Shown in pieces: positions 15,801 through 23,456 of a stretch of 25,190 nucleotides of DNA. The DNA lies in the IMG/VR virus record IMGVR_UViG_3300037484_001503, positions 1 through 25,190 of that record. The stretch is one strand, 5' to 3'. Under the pieces are notes generated by a model. It was not told where the DNA came from. It did no database searches and saw nothing but the letters and a program-made list of their open reading frames with translations. Position 1 is the stretch's first letter; every line of letters begins with the position of its first letter. This stretch comes from a virus (lineage: Duplodnaviria; Caudoviricetes). A program made the translations under genes and the position numbers.

Positions 15801-16576
15801 TTGAAGCGACAGCGCAGCTAGAGGCTTTCGGGGAAGCTTCTCTTCCTTCGAGCTTCAGCCTTTCAGGAACGGCGCTCGTCGAGAGTGCAAGCGCAAGCAT
15901 AGCCTCTCCGAGCGTTTCGCTGGAAGCGCAAGCGCAGCTCGAAGCTCAGGCTGCAGCTTCGTTACCTTCAGCGTTCTCGCTTTCCGCCTCAGCCGAGACT
16001 CTAGGCGTTTCGGAAGCTTCAGCCTCTCTTGCTTTGCAAGCGCAGCTTGTTGCTTCTGGAGAAGTGGAGCAGAGCGCAAGTGCAAGCATTTCAGCGCTTT
16101 GCTCCTGCAGCGCTTCAGCGCAACTGGAAGCTCTTGGCTCTGCTGAGTGCGCTACTTCCTGCACACTGCTTGCCCAAGGCACTCGCTTCAGCGATACAGA
16201 TGTTGCACTTACTGCGCAGAGCTCTCTTTCAGCTTCCGCTCAAGTAGACGTTCTTGGCACGAGTACACTTCCTTGCGCCTTCGCTTTAAGCGCCTCTGGA
16301 GACTCGTTCGGACTTGCAGTAGGACTTCTCGAAGCGCGCAGCACTGTCGAGGCGGAAGCATTCCTCGAAACAGAGGGCTCGAGCGTCCTGCCAACTCTCT
16401 TCACCGTAGGAGCGCTTCCCGAGTGTCTCGGCACCTCGATCCTACTCCTGGCGCAGTTCGACTCGCCGACAGTTCCACTGCTTGCACGAATGCCGAGCAT
16501 TGAGCTTCGTGCACGCTTCGACCGTACAATTCATCTGCGTGCTCAGCACGTGCACGCTCGAGCCACGTGCAGCTGA
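12833..16576 (+). CDS. Ala/Ser/Thr/Glu-rich 20-aa-repeat fibre-like protein (1247 aa) with an inserted beta-sandwich domain
   Basis: N-terminal YLLKEDGDRILQED..ILLE motif, then ~20-residue repeats (ASIPSTSSAAFAALIEGSGT / ASIPSVSTLAASALVEAAAV). Globular insert at 13727-14182. Confidence 0.85.
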   Translation: MDYLLKEDGDRILQEDADQILLESSTGDIEGTASIPSTSSAAFAALIEGSGTASIPSVSTLAASALVEAAAVGSLSVTSTCEAAALCEALASASIDVGVELVSAGETLCTGIALLPSSTTLVADSLIEGYGASGLSPPVTLSSAALVEVLASASLPVGVDVPVSGSMLNVVEGAASLDVQAELTGAGKIPNFNILASALCEALAAVSLQATTELVAAGEVEAGEVVVEGSASISTTCTLEASAQLDVLASATLGPFHVVTTAGAPLVSASAALASAASLSCTALVEQHASAVLGAQPEVPVVWTEAGGVEVSGNSLTKIAEEEFDNAGAISTWQIASGNGYVELTASELTTYRLLGLSNGNTDLGFADIDFAFYQASSSLTVLENGTQKLFGQSFSTGDKLRVAVVDGVVKYSKNGVVLYTSLVAPTYPLLVDCSLYTPGATLTDVVISGGLLRNFALACTASLEQHAAAVLGSTCMLAASAQLEALASATIPTTVSLSAAGDVEAGGVVVEGTATLPVQASLAAAAQIEALAAATLGPFHVVTTAGVSLQVASAQLSESFVLAASAQCESFAEAALLVSCSLVQAAGTIEVQGASTLPSSASLSASAQCEQHASASLPSVFAVAASAAGDQTGQATLPAACTLNAVGTVEALAQASLSSEYSFAATAICESFAEAALPPSFALEAQAAAEALAACPASVLVEVSAAALCESFAQASLLAQFSFEAQASVEGQLDASLQFNILCALEASAKLEAFAVASLPCFVSLASSAVVETTGEAALVLQSTIQGTATSIPSAHAAVPVVVGVVAAGEGVAFGSATLEATTQLEATAQCEEYAEASLPTEFSLAASASTTGALDAAADLPTLCTLTAEAVVETSGSNVLPFTASLSVASRLETFAYAALELAAALACVALLEPTADASQSVQAQLVASAQVEQQAEATLPASFSVQSDARALSFAQASLPASFSLASSGNVEGHLDASLQVNLQATLEATAQLEAFGEASLPSSFSLSGTALVESASASIASPSVSLEAQAQLEAQAAASLPSAFSLSASAETLGVSEASASLALQAQLVASGEVEQSASASISALCSCSASAQLEALGSAECATSCTLLAQGTRFSDTDVALTAQSSLSASAQVDVLGTSTLPCAFALSASGDSFGLAVGLLEARSTVEAEAFLETEGSSVLPTLFTVGALPECLGTSILLLAQFDSPTVPLLARMPSIELRARFDRTIHLRAQHVHARATCS

Positions 16577-16586
16577 GGAGACTTAG

Positions 16587-16991
16587 ATGAGCTACGAATC
16601 CAACATCGCGGTCAGCGAAGGGTTCTTCGCAGGAGAGGATCGGATCCTTTCGTACGAAGTCTTCTCTGCGGGCTCCATCACGACGATGGAAGACGTGACT
16701 TCGTTTCTCCTTCAGTGGGACCTACGGAAGGTCCAATCAGGGGTGGATCCCTTCCGAGCACAGGGAGCTGTTGTTGTGACGAAGGATCGGAGCTCTGGAA
16801 TCACGGTCACGGGAACGTTCAACTCTGCTCGTGTCACGAACACTCAGCGTGTGCTCGTTCAGATTACGGATGTCGACACGCAAGCACTCCCCGGAGGTCG
16901 CTACGTCTGCGCGCTCAAGCGCATGGACGAAGGATACGAAGCCGTGCTGTCCCATGGGACGGTAGAGCTGCTCGTTGCAGCGGTACGCTAG
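16587..16991 (+). CDS. Putative virion adaptor protein (BppU-N/Ig-like)
   Basis: RBS GAGGAG. FFAGED..L, GITV, V.VQITDVDT..L.GGRY, VL..G.V pattern. Confidence 0.65.
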   Translation: MSYESNIAVSEGFFAGEDRILSYEVFSAGSITTMEDVTSFLLQWDLRKVQSGVDPFRAQGAVVVTKDRSSGITVTGTFNSARVTNTQRVLVQITDVDTQALPGGRYVCALKRMDEGYEAVLSHGTVELLVAAVR

Positions 16992-16994
16992 CAC

Positions 16995-18503
16995 GTGTTT
17001 GAAGATCTTTCAGAACGCTCGTTCGATCCCGCAACCGAGACCGCCGTCTTGGCGGAAGAAATTGCGATGATCGAGGCGGAACTCAAGCGCAGGCGCTGGA
17101 GGAAGAATCCCGCTCTTTGGGTGCGAGAGCGTCTCGGGGAGTTCGCCTGGTCGAAGCAACGTGAGATCATGATGAGCGTTGTTTCGAATAGGCGTACGGC
17201 CGTGCACTCCTGCCATGGCGCGGGGAAGTCGTACATCGCTGCACGCATTGCGGCGTGGTGGATCGATATTCATCCTCCGGGAGAAGCCTTCGTCGTTACG
17301 AGCGCTACAACAGGAGACCAGGTCAAGGCCATTCTGTGGCGCGAGATTGGACGTGCGCAGGCGAAGGGCCTTCCGGGACGTGTGAATCAGACCGAGTGGT
17401 TCCTGACCATGGAGAACGGTCGGGAGGAGCTCGTTGCGATCGGCAGGAAGCCTTCCGATTACAACCCGACCGCCTTTCAAGGGATCCATGCTCGCTGGGT
17501 CTTGGTCATCTTCGATGAGGCAGGTGGGATCGCGGGAGGCTCTTCCGATCAGCCGCATTCCTTGTGGGAGTCAGCAGACTCCCTGATTGCGAATGACGAC
17601 TCACGAATGCTCGCAATCGGGAACCCTGACAACCCTTCGGGTGAGTTCGCACGGGCGTGCGCTCCGGGCTCTGGCTGGAATGCCATAGGCATTGATGCGT
17701 TCGAAACTCCGAACTTCACCGAGGAAGAAGTTCCGGAAGCGCTTCGCACAGTGCTCATCGGCCGAACATGGGTTGAGGAGAAGCGCCGAAAGTGGGGCGA
17801 GGACAACCCTCTTTGGATTGCAAAGATCCGTGGACTCTTTCCTCAAAGGACAGCAGACGGACTTATTCCCCTTGACTGGATTCGAGCAGCGCAGCTCAGG
17901 GTGCTCGTTCCGAAGACTCCTGAAGAGCAGGCTGCAGCAGCGACGTGGCTGCACGAGCTCGGAGTCGATGTGGGTGCTGGTGGGGGAGGTAAGAACACGG
18001 TTGCGGAACGTAGAGGTCCGATCATTCGGATCATTCGGAGAGACCAGGAGCCCGACACAATGAAGAGTTGTGGGAATCTTCTCTACGACCTTCGAAGGAC
18101 GAAGGCTTCGAGGGCGAAGGTCGACGAAGTCGGAGTCGGCCGAGGACTCGTCGACCGTGCACTCGAGCAGGCAGCTCCTGTTGTGGGAGTGAATGTCGGT
18201 CGACCTGCAAAGGACAAGGAAGCGTATGAGAATGTCCGAGCTGAAGGCTACTGGCTCCTTCGAGATCGCTTCGAAGAAGGGAACATTGACATCGATCCGG
18301 TGGACGATGATCTTGCCGCACAGCTCGTGGACCTGCGGTTCAAGCGGAGCTCACACGGCCGCATTCTGATCGAGTCAAAAGACGAAATGAAGCGTAGAGG
18401 AAGGGCAAGCCCAGATGATGCTGATGCAGTCATGCTGGCTTTTCTTCCAGACGAACTTCTTGGACCGCAGCCGGTTCGAGAGCTTCCAGTGTTGTGGGGA
18501 TGA
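16995..18503 (+). CDS. terL: Terminase large subunit
   Basis: Adenine-binding WSKQ, Walker A SCHGAGKS, Walker B VIFDEAG, coupling motif IGNP, nuclease LGVDVG, KVD.VGVG.G..D and SPDDADA. Confidence 0.96.
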   Translation: MFEDLSERSFDPATETAVLAEEIAMIEAELKRRRWRKNPALWVRERLGEFAWSKQREIMMSVVSNRRTAVHSCHGAGKSYIAARIAAWWIDIHPPGEAFVVTSATTGDQVKAILWREIGRAQAKGLPGRVNQTEWFLTMENGREELVAIGRKPSDYNPTAFQGIHARWVLVIFDEAGGIAGGSSDQPHSLWESADSLIANDDSRMLAIGNPDNPSGEFARACAPGSGWNAIGIDAFETPNFTEEEVPEALRTVLIGRTWVEEKRRKWGEDNPLWIAKIRGLFPQRTADGLIPLDWIRAAQLRVLVPKTPEEQAAAATWLHELGVDVGAGGGGKNTVAERRGPIIRIIRRDQEPDTMKSCGNLLYDLRRTKASRAKVDEVGVGRGLVDRALEQAAPVVGVNVGRPAKDKEAYENVRAEGYWLLRDRFEEGNIDIDPVDDDLAAQLVDLRFKRSSHGRILIESKDEMKRRGRASPDDADAVMLAFLPDELLGPQPVRELPVLWG

Positions 18504-18543
18504 AGTAGATGCTTTCTTCCCTTGAAAGAAAGGCACTCCAGCG

Positions 18544-20199
18544 ATGCCCGTGAACACGCCGCACATGGCGTACCGCCAGATGCTCTCACGCTGGACGCGT
18601 GCCCGCGACTGCTTTGAGGGGTCAGACGCTGTCAAGCAGAGAGGGCCTGCGTATCTGCCGATGCTCGATTCTCACAAGCTTCAGACGAAGGTGGGAGCAG
18701 ACAAATACGAGGAGTATAAGCTTCGGGCCCTCTTCTTCAATGCGACAGGACGCACGATTGAAGGAATGGCCGGCGCACTCTTTCAGACCGCTCCTATCAT
18801 TCGAGCCCCTGGGCCGATTGAAGAACACCTTGAGGATGTTACGTTGGACGGAACTTCCGCGGAGCTTTTCGGGCTGCGCCTTGCTCGCGAGCTCCTACTC
18901 ACAGGCCGCTACGGGATTCTCGTAGACATGCCGAACGAACAAACGGCTAAAGCTGCGAAGGGGGAAGAGATCCGTCCTTATTGGATCGGATATAAGGCGG
19001 AAGACATCTACGGGTGGAGAACCACGCGCCTTGCAGGACGTGAATACATCACGCGCGTCGTACTCTATGAAATTGAGGAGGAGGAAGATCCGAAGGATCC
19101 TTTCGTTATAGGAGAAATTGTTCAGTTTAGGGTGCTCGACCTTGTGGAAGGAGGGTACACCCAGAAGGTGTTCCGAAAGAAAGCGAATTCGGATGACTTT
19201 TTTCAGTTCGGAGAAACTCTTACTCCTTCGCGTCGAGGAGTTTCTCTTCCGTTCATTCCTTTCACGTTTGTCGGACCGACCTCCGTATCTGCTGTGGTGC
19301 AGAAGCCTCCTTTGGACGACTTGGTCAACGTGAACCTTTCTCATTATAGGACGATGGCCGACTTGGAGCACGGAAGACACTTCACCGCTCTGCCCACTCC
19401 GTGGGTCGCAGGATCGCTTGCAGCGAAGGGCGAGCCTTTGGCAATAGGCTCCGGAGTAGCCTGGGCTCTCGAGAAAGAGGGCCGCGCGGGAATGCTCGAG
19501 TTCAGTGGAGCTGGACTTGAGAGCCTCGTGACGGCAGAGCAGGACAAGAGGAAGATGATGGCAGTGCTCGGAGCACGCTTGCTCGAGGACGTGCCCTCTG
19601 TTCAAGAAACGATGGGTGCCGTCTCCATGCGGCATGCAGGAGAGCAGGCTTCGCTTAGGACGATTGCTCAGAGCTCGGAGCATGCGCTCTCAATCGTGCT
19701 ACGCATTCATGCGTGGTGGGTTGGAACGGAAGCGAAGCCCGAAGAGCTCAAGGAGAAGGCCGTCTACGAGGTGAATAAGGATTTCTTCACCACGCGGATG
19801 AGCCCGGACGAACTGCGTGGACTGATCATGGCTCTGCAGGCAGAGGCTATTTCGTACGAGACGTTCTACGCTCAGCTCACGCGAGGAGAGATTGCGCGGC
19901 CTGGCGTCACGGCAGAAGAAGAGCAGACTGCCATTTTGGAGCGGAGCCAGGCGCTCGCGGCGCTCGCGCAGCCAGCAGGCTTCGTCGATCCGAACGATCC
20001 GAACGCACAGCCGGAGGCTGATCCTACAGCCGGAGAGGAGCCCGGGGATAAGGTTGTTGCTTCAGGAGACTGGTGGAAGATCGTTTCGAGGAAGAAGAAG
20101 TTTGTTCTTCTCGATGCTCAGACTGGAGAGACCTACGGCACGTTCGGGTCGCAGCGCGAGGCTGAAGCCGCAGTGAAGAAGATGGAGGAGGAAGCATGA
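18544..20199 (+). CDS. Portal protein (DUF4055-type) with C-terminal extension
   Basis: Follows TerL. W...RD..EG...VK, YLP, Y..RA.FFN.T.RT, GR.GILVD, IPF.FVG, KPPL..L..VNLSHYR, M..LGARL motifs. Confidence 0.92.
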   Translation: MPVNTPHMAYRQMLSRWTRARDCFEGSDAVKQRGPAYLPMLDSHKLQTKVGADKYEEYKLRALFFNATGRTIEGMAGALFQTAPIIRAPGPIEEHLEDVTLDGTSAELFGLRLARELLLTGRYGILVDMPNEQTAKAAKGEEIRPYWIGYKAEDIYGWRTTRLAGREYITRVVLYEIEEEEDPKDPFVIGEIVQFRVLDLVEGGYTQKVFRKKANSDDFFQFGETLTPSRRGVSLPFIPFTFVGPTSVSAVVQKPPLDDLVNVNLSHYRTMADLEHGRHFTALPTPWVAGSLAAKGEPLAIGSGVAWALEKEGRAGMLEFSGAGLESLVTAEQDKRKMMAVLGARLLEDVPSVQETMGAVSMRHAGEQASLRTIAQSSEHALSIVLRIHAWWVGTEAKPEELKEKAVYEVNKDFFTTRMSPDELRGLIMALQAEAISYETFYAQLTRGEIARPGVTAEEEQTAILERSQALAALAQPAGFVDPNDPNAQPEADPTAGEEPGDKVVASGDWWKIVSRKKKFVLLDAQTGETYGTFGSQREAEAAVKKMEEEA

Positions 20200-20453
20200 G
20201 CCTCCAGACAGAGCTCCACGTCGAAGAAGCACGCTTCACTCCGCGGCTACGTCGTGCGTTGCAGAAGTCGCGTGAGCGCATGCGAGCACGTGTGCGGCTG
20301 CAGGCTCTTGCGGAGGCGCTCGCCTCGAAGAATATGGCGCAAGCGCTCAAGGCAGTTGGAGAAGACGACCTTGAAAAGGCGCTTGAGCCGTTCGGAGCGA
20401 TCTGCGAGGATGCTTTCATTAGGGGTGGGAAGGTAGGAGCGAGGTTTATCTGA
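20196..20453 (+). CDS. 85-aa helical protein resembling the N-terminal part of a MuF head-morphogenesis protein
   Basis: RBS GGAGGAGG and ATGA overlap with portal. PRLRRAL...L.AL.EAL.....AL...AF..GG resembles MuF N-termini that follow DUF4055 portals (recalled). Confidence 0.65.
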   Translation: MSLQTELHVEEARFTPRLRRALQKSRERMRARVRLQALAEALASKNMAQALKAVGEDDLEKALEPFGAICEDAFIRGGKVGARFI

Positions 20454-20818
20454 TGGTCAAGAGGCTGTTCGGAAAACTCGCGAACCGGCGCACTGCAACG
20501 CTGCTCCGCTGGAAGACTCTCGGTCCGAACCTCAATGAGATTGGGAAGATGGAGCGCTTTGCGGAACGTAAGCTGGGCTTCCTCTCGATGGGTCGAGGAA
20601 TTGCTCGCCTCCACGATCGCTTCCGAGGAAAGAGCTTCTCGAAGTTCGGAGCAGCTTCCGCGTTTCGAGGCCTCGCCTCGCGAGTGAAGCGTCCGGCCTT
20701 CTTCCACGGGAATCAGTATGTCAAGATTGCAGCGCAGGCGAAGTGGCGCCCGACAATTCGCCTCCGCGCAGGGGGCTTCCGAGGGAAGCTCGGACGCACG
20801 TCAAGGAGACTCTTCTAA
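20453..20818 (+). CDS. Ultra-basic protein (121 aa) with FFHGNQYVKIA motif
   Basis: TGATG coupling with GGAG/GAGG upstream. 4 acidic residues. Motif shared with 932..1531. Confidence 0.75.
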   Translation: MVKRLFGKLANRRTATLLRWKTLGPNLNEIGKMERFAERKLGFLSMGRGIARLHDRFRGKSFSKFGAASAFRGLASRVKRPAFFHGNQYVKIAAQAKWRPTIRLRAGGFRGKLGRTSRRLF

Positions 20819-22417
20819 GTGCCTCAAGTCGCTTTTTCGTTCAACGCGAAAGACACTGCTGCACAGCAGGAGGCGAAGCGGCATTCTGCGCAGCTGCTGA
20901 CGAATGTTTCGGAGGAAACTCGCAAGGCAGTTCGTGCGATGATCGCCCGAAGCATTCGTGAGGGGATTCCCCCTCTTGAAGCCGCGAAGACCATCAGAAC
21001 ACTCTTGGGCCTGAACTCACCTCAATCTCTTGCAGCCATGAACTATCGAGCAGAGCTTAAGCTGCAGGGGCTTTCTGAAGAACGTGTAGACAAAGCGCTC
21101 GAATTCTACACGGCGCGAAAGGTCAAGGAGCGTGCGGATACTGTTGCACGCACGGAAGTCATAGGAGCGTTGAACGCGGGAAGCCTTACATCGTGGAAGC
21201 AAGCGCAGAGGAAAGGCCTGCTTCCCCGAAACGCGAAGAAGAAGTTCATCACGACTCCGGACGAAAAGCTCTGTCCGATTTGTAAGCCGATGAACAAGCA
21301 GGAGCAGCCGCTCGCAAAGCCCTTCATTACTCCGAAGGGGGACAAGATCCAATTTCCGCCAGCACATCCTCGGTGCCGGTGTACTCTTGGAGAGCCTACA
21401 CTACCCTCTGGGCGTCGCATCATGTCGGGAGAGCTCCCTTCGAAGTACTCGTGGCTCGAACATGGCTCAGTCATCTCGAGACAGAAGCTCAACGTCTCTG
21501 CAACGAGCATCTATGAAGTCATGCTGAACGCGGGAGGAGGACAGCTTCCCTGGGCCATGTTCAAGCCGGCAGATGAAGGTCATATTACTCAAGATATCAT
21601 CTATGAAAACTTCATGGAGGCGGATGCTTCAACAGCGCAGCGGGAGCTTCTAGCCTCGGCACTAGATCGCGTCCTCGGACTGGAGCTCATTCCTCCAACC
21701 GGCTCTCGAATGATTACCTTCGGAGCGAAGAAGCTCTTCGGAGCAATCGCGGAGAAGATTCCGAACACCCTACAGGTTGGAGCGTGGACGCGTGGATTCC
21801 TTCGTCAGGGATTTCCTTTCCCTCAGCTCACAACCGAGTTTCGAGATGGAGCATCGATTTTCGACATCATCAACGGGAACATGGACCGCCACGGTGGAAA
21901 CATGCTTGTCCAGCTTCCTGAAGACATCATGAAGAAGATCAAAGCGGGAACGCTCGGGAAGAGCGACTTCGCAGCAATGTCTAGCCCACTGAACGCATGG
22001 CTCATTGACCATGGGTACACGTTCGGACTCTCGGAGAAGAGATTCGCATTCCCAACAGCGGTTCGTGGAGACCCGAACTTCGGACTTAAAGTCGGGAGTC
22101 CTCTCGGACGACCTCAGCTGATCAACGCGAACTTCCTGACGAAGTGGTGGTTCGACAAGCCGACGGACTCAAAATACTTTGACGAGAAGGAGGTTCGAAC
22201 GAAATGGGGCGCAGCTCGCGAAATCACGAAGGACTCTGCGGACAAGTGGATTTCGATTCTCACAGATACGCGCCCGCAGCTTCTAACTCTTGCACAACGC
22301 TTTGGTCTACACGTCGATGAGCTCGGAGCGATGGAAAAGCGAATTCATGCCGTGCTCAATTCGCTGTCGCTCGGAAAGCTCCGAGACCTCTTCATCAAGA
22401 TGATGGTGCATCCATGA
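20819..22417 (+). CDS. MuF (Mu gpF/SPP1 gp7-like) minor head protein fused to a C-terminal HipA/PI3-PI4K-like kinase
   Basis: GTG start with AAGGAG upstream. MuF motifs VARTE, CPIC, PPAHPRCRC. Kinase motifs MFKP, RE.LAS.LD..LG...IPPT, D...GNMDRHGGN, LIDHG.TF. Confidence 0.88.
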   Translation: MPQVAFSFNAKDTAAQQEAKRHSAQLLTNVSEETRKAVRAMIARSIREGIPPLEAAKTIRTLLGLNSPQSLAAMNYRAELKLQGLSEERVDKALEFYTARKVKERADTVARTEVIGALNAGSLTSWKQAQRKGLLPRNAKKKFITTPDEKLCPICKPMNKQEQPLAKPFITPKGDKIQFPPAHPRCRCTLGEPTLPSGRRIMSGELPSKYSWLEHGSVISRQKLNVSATSIYEVMLNAGGGQLPWAMFKPADEGHITQDIIYENFMEADASTAQRELLASALDRVLGLELIPPTGSRMITFGAKKLFGAIAEKIPNTLQVGAWTRGFLRQGFPFPQLTTEFRDGASIFDIINGNMDRHGGNMLVQLPEDIMKKIKAGTLGKSDFAAMSSPLNAWLIDHGYTFGLSEKRFAFPTAVRGDPNFGLKVGSPLGRPQLINANFLTKWWFDKPTDSKYFDEKEVRTKWGAAREITKDSADKWISILTDTRPQLLTLAQRFGLHVDELGAMEKRIHAVLNSLSLGKLRDLFIKMMVHP

Positions 22418-22698
22418 AAGTGACGTTCGTCGAACGAATCCTCGTTGCAGGAAAGATTTCGGACTTAATCGAAGGCAGCATTGCTCTCATCGAAGGGAAG
22501 CTCGTCTTTGAGCCTCCGGAGCTCGAAGAAGAGTTCGGACGTTCCGTGCAGTGGCTTGGGAAGACAGTACGAAATCCGGAAGAGTTTCTTCGCACTCTTC
22601 CCAAGCTGTACAGAGGGTCGCAGTACTTTGCCGTGCTAACAGAAAACGACGAAAGTCCCGGTGGGACCAGTCCCGGTGGGACGGAAAAGAGGATGTGA
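22414..22698 (+). CDS. Small protein downstream of MuF-kinase; candidate immunity protein
   Basis: ATGA-coupled to the toxin-like gene; 94 aa. Function is inferred from position only. Confidence 0.6.
   Translation: MKVTFVERILVAGKISDLIEGSIALIEGKLVFEPPELEEEFGRSVQWLGKTVRNPEEFLRTLPKLYRGSQYFAVLTENDESPGGTSPGGTEKRM
22654..22682 (+). repeat. Tandem AGTCCCGGTGGGAC x2, each a GTCCC-GGT-GGGAC hairpin
   Basis: Hairpins at 22655-22667 and 22670-22682, directly upstream of the scaffold RBS (AGAGGA, 22688-22693). Confidence 0.85.
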
Positions 22699-23456
22699 TG
22701 AAGATTCAGGTCGCCGCGCTCACAGAGGTTCCGGAACCGCTTCGGGGGGAGTATGAGCAGAAGGACGGCGCATTCTTCCTCAAGCTCGAAGGAGAGATCC
22801 CGGAGCTCGTCTCCGTGAAGAAGGACCTCACGGAGTTCCGTGACAACAACATCAAGTATCTCAAGGAGAAGGACGCAGCAGTACAGAAGCTGAAGGAGTA
22901 CGACGGGATCGATCCGGTCGAGTACGCGGCGATGAAGCAGAAGCTCGTCGACCTGGAGAAGAAGGGAGGCGTGAAGGATCCTTCGGACATCGAGACGAAA
23001 ATCCGTCTGGCGGTGGATGCTGCAGTCACGCCGCTGAAGGAGCAGGTTCAGCTCGAACAGAAAACGAGGGTCGAAGCGGAGCTTCGGCTCAAGCAGCGGG
23101 ATCTCGAAACTCGGATTCGAGACGTCGGAACGAAGCTCAAGGTCCTCGACAGTGCCATGCCCGACCTGCTGAGCAGGGGGCTTCGAGTCTTTCGAGCGTC
23201 CGACGGTCTCGCATACGACGGCGAGAAGCAGATGTACAGCAAAGAGAAGGTGACGGAGCCTTTGAGTCTCGAGGAGTGGGGACGCATGCAGCTTGCCGAA
23301 GCGCCTCACCTCTTCGTTGCCTCAACAGGAGGCGGAGCGCGTCCTGGGCCTGGAGGCACGGGAAAGCGTACGATCAGTGCGGCGGACCCGGTCGAGCTCG
23401 GCCGGAATGCAGACGCGATCGCAAAGGGAGAGATTCTTGTCACTCCCGTGCAGTGA
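22698..23456 (+). CDS. Capsid scaffolding protein (252 aa)
   Basis: ATG at 22698 (TGATG). L.EVPE.LR.EY..KDG.F.L, EFRDNN, YDGIDP, coiled coil, APHLF..S.GGGA motifs. Lies between MuF and MCP. Confidence 0.88.
   Translation: MKIQVAALTEVPEPLRGEYEQKDGAFFLKLEGEIPELVSVKKDLTEFRDNNIKYLKEKDAAVQKLKEYDGIDPVEYAAMKQKLVDLEKKGGVKDPSDIETKIRLAVDAAVTPLKEQVQLEQKTRVEAELRLKQRDLETRIRDVGTKLKVLDSAMPDLLSRGLRVFRASDGLAYDGEKQMYSKEKVTEPLSLEEWGRMQLAEAPHLFVASTGGGARPGPGGTGKRTISAADPVELGRNADAIAKGEILVTPVQ

Noticed and set aside
12833-16576. Tape-measure protein call
   Set aside because: The repeats alternate like beta strands and lack W/F-periodic helical character. No tail tube or chaperone genes lie upstream.
20451-20818. 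Self-splicing intron interrupting MuF
   Set aside because: No group I/II core elements recognised. The interval is fully occupied by an ORF and the downstream part has its own RBS.
22654-22682. CRISPR-like mini-array
   Set aside because: Only two 14-bp units separated by 1 nt, with no spacers and no cas genes.
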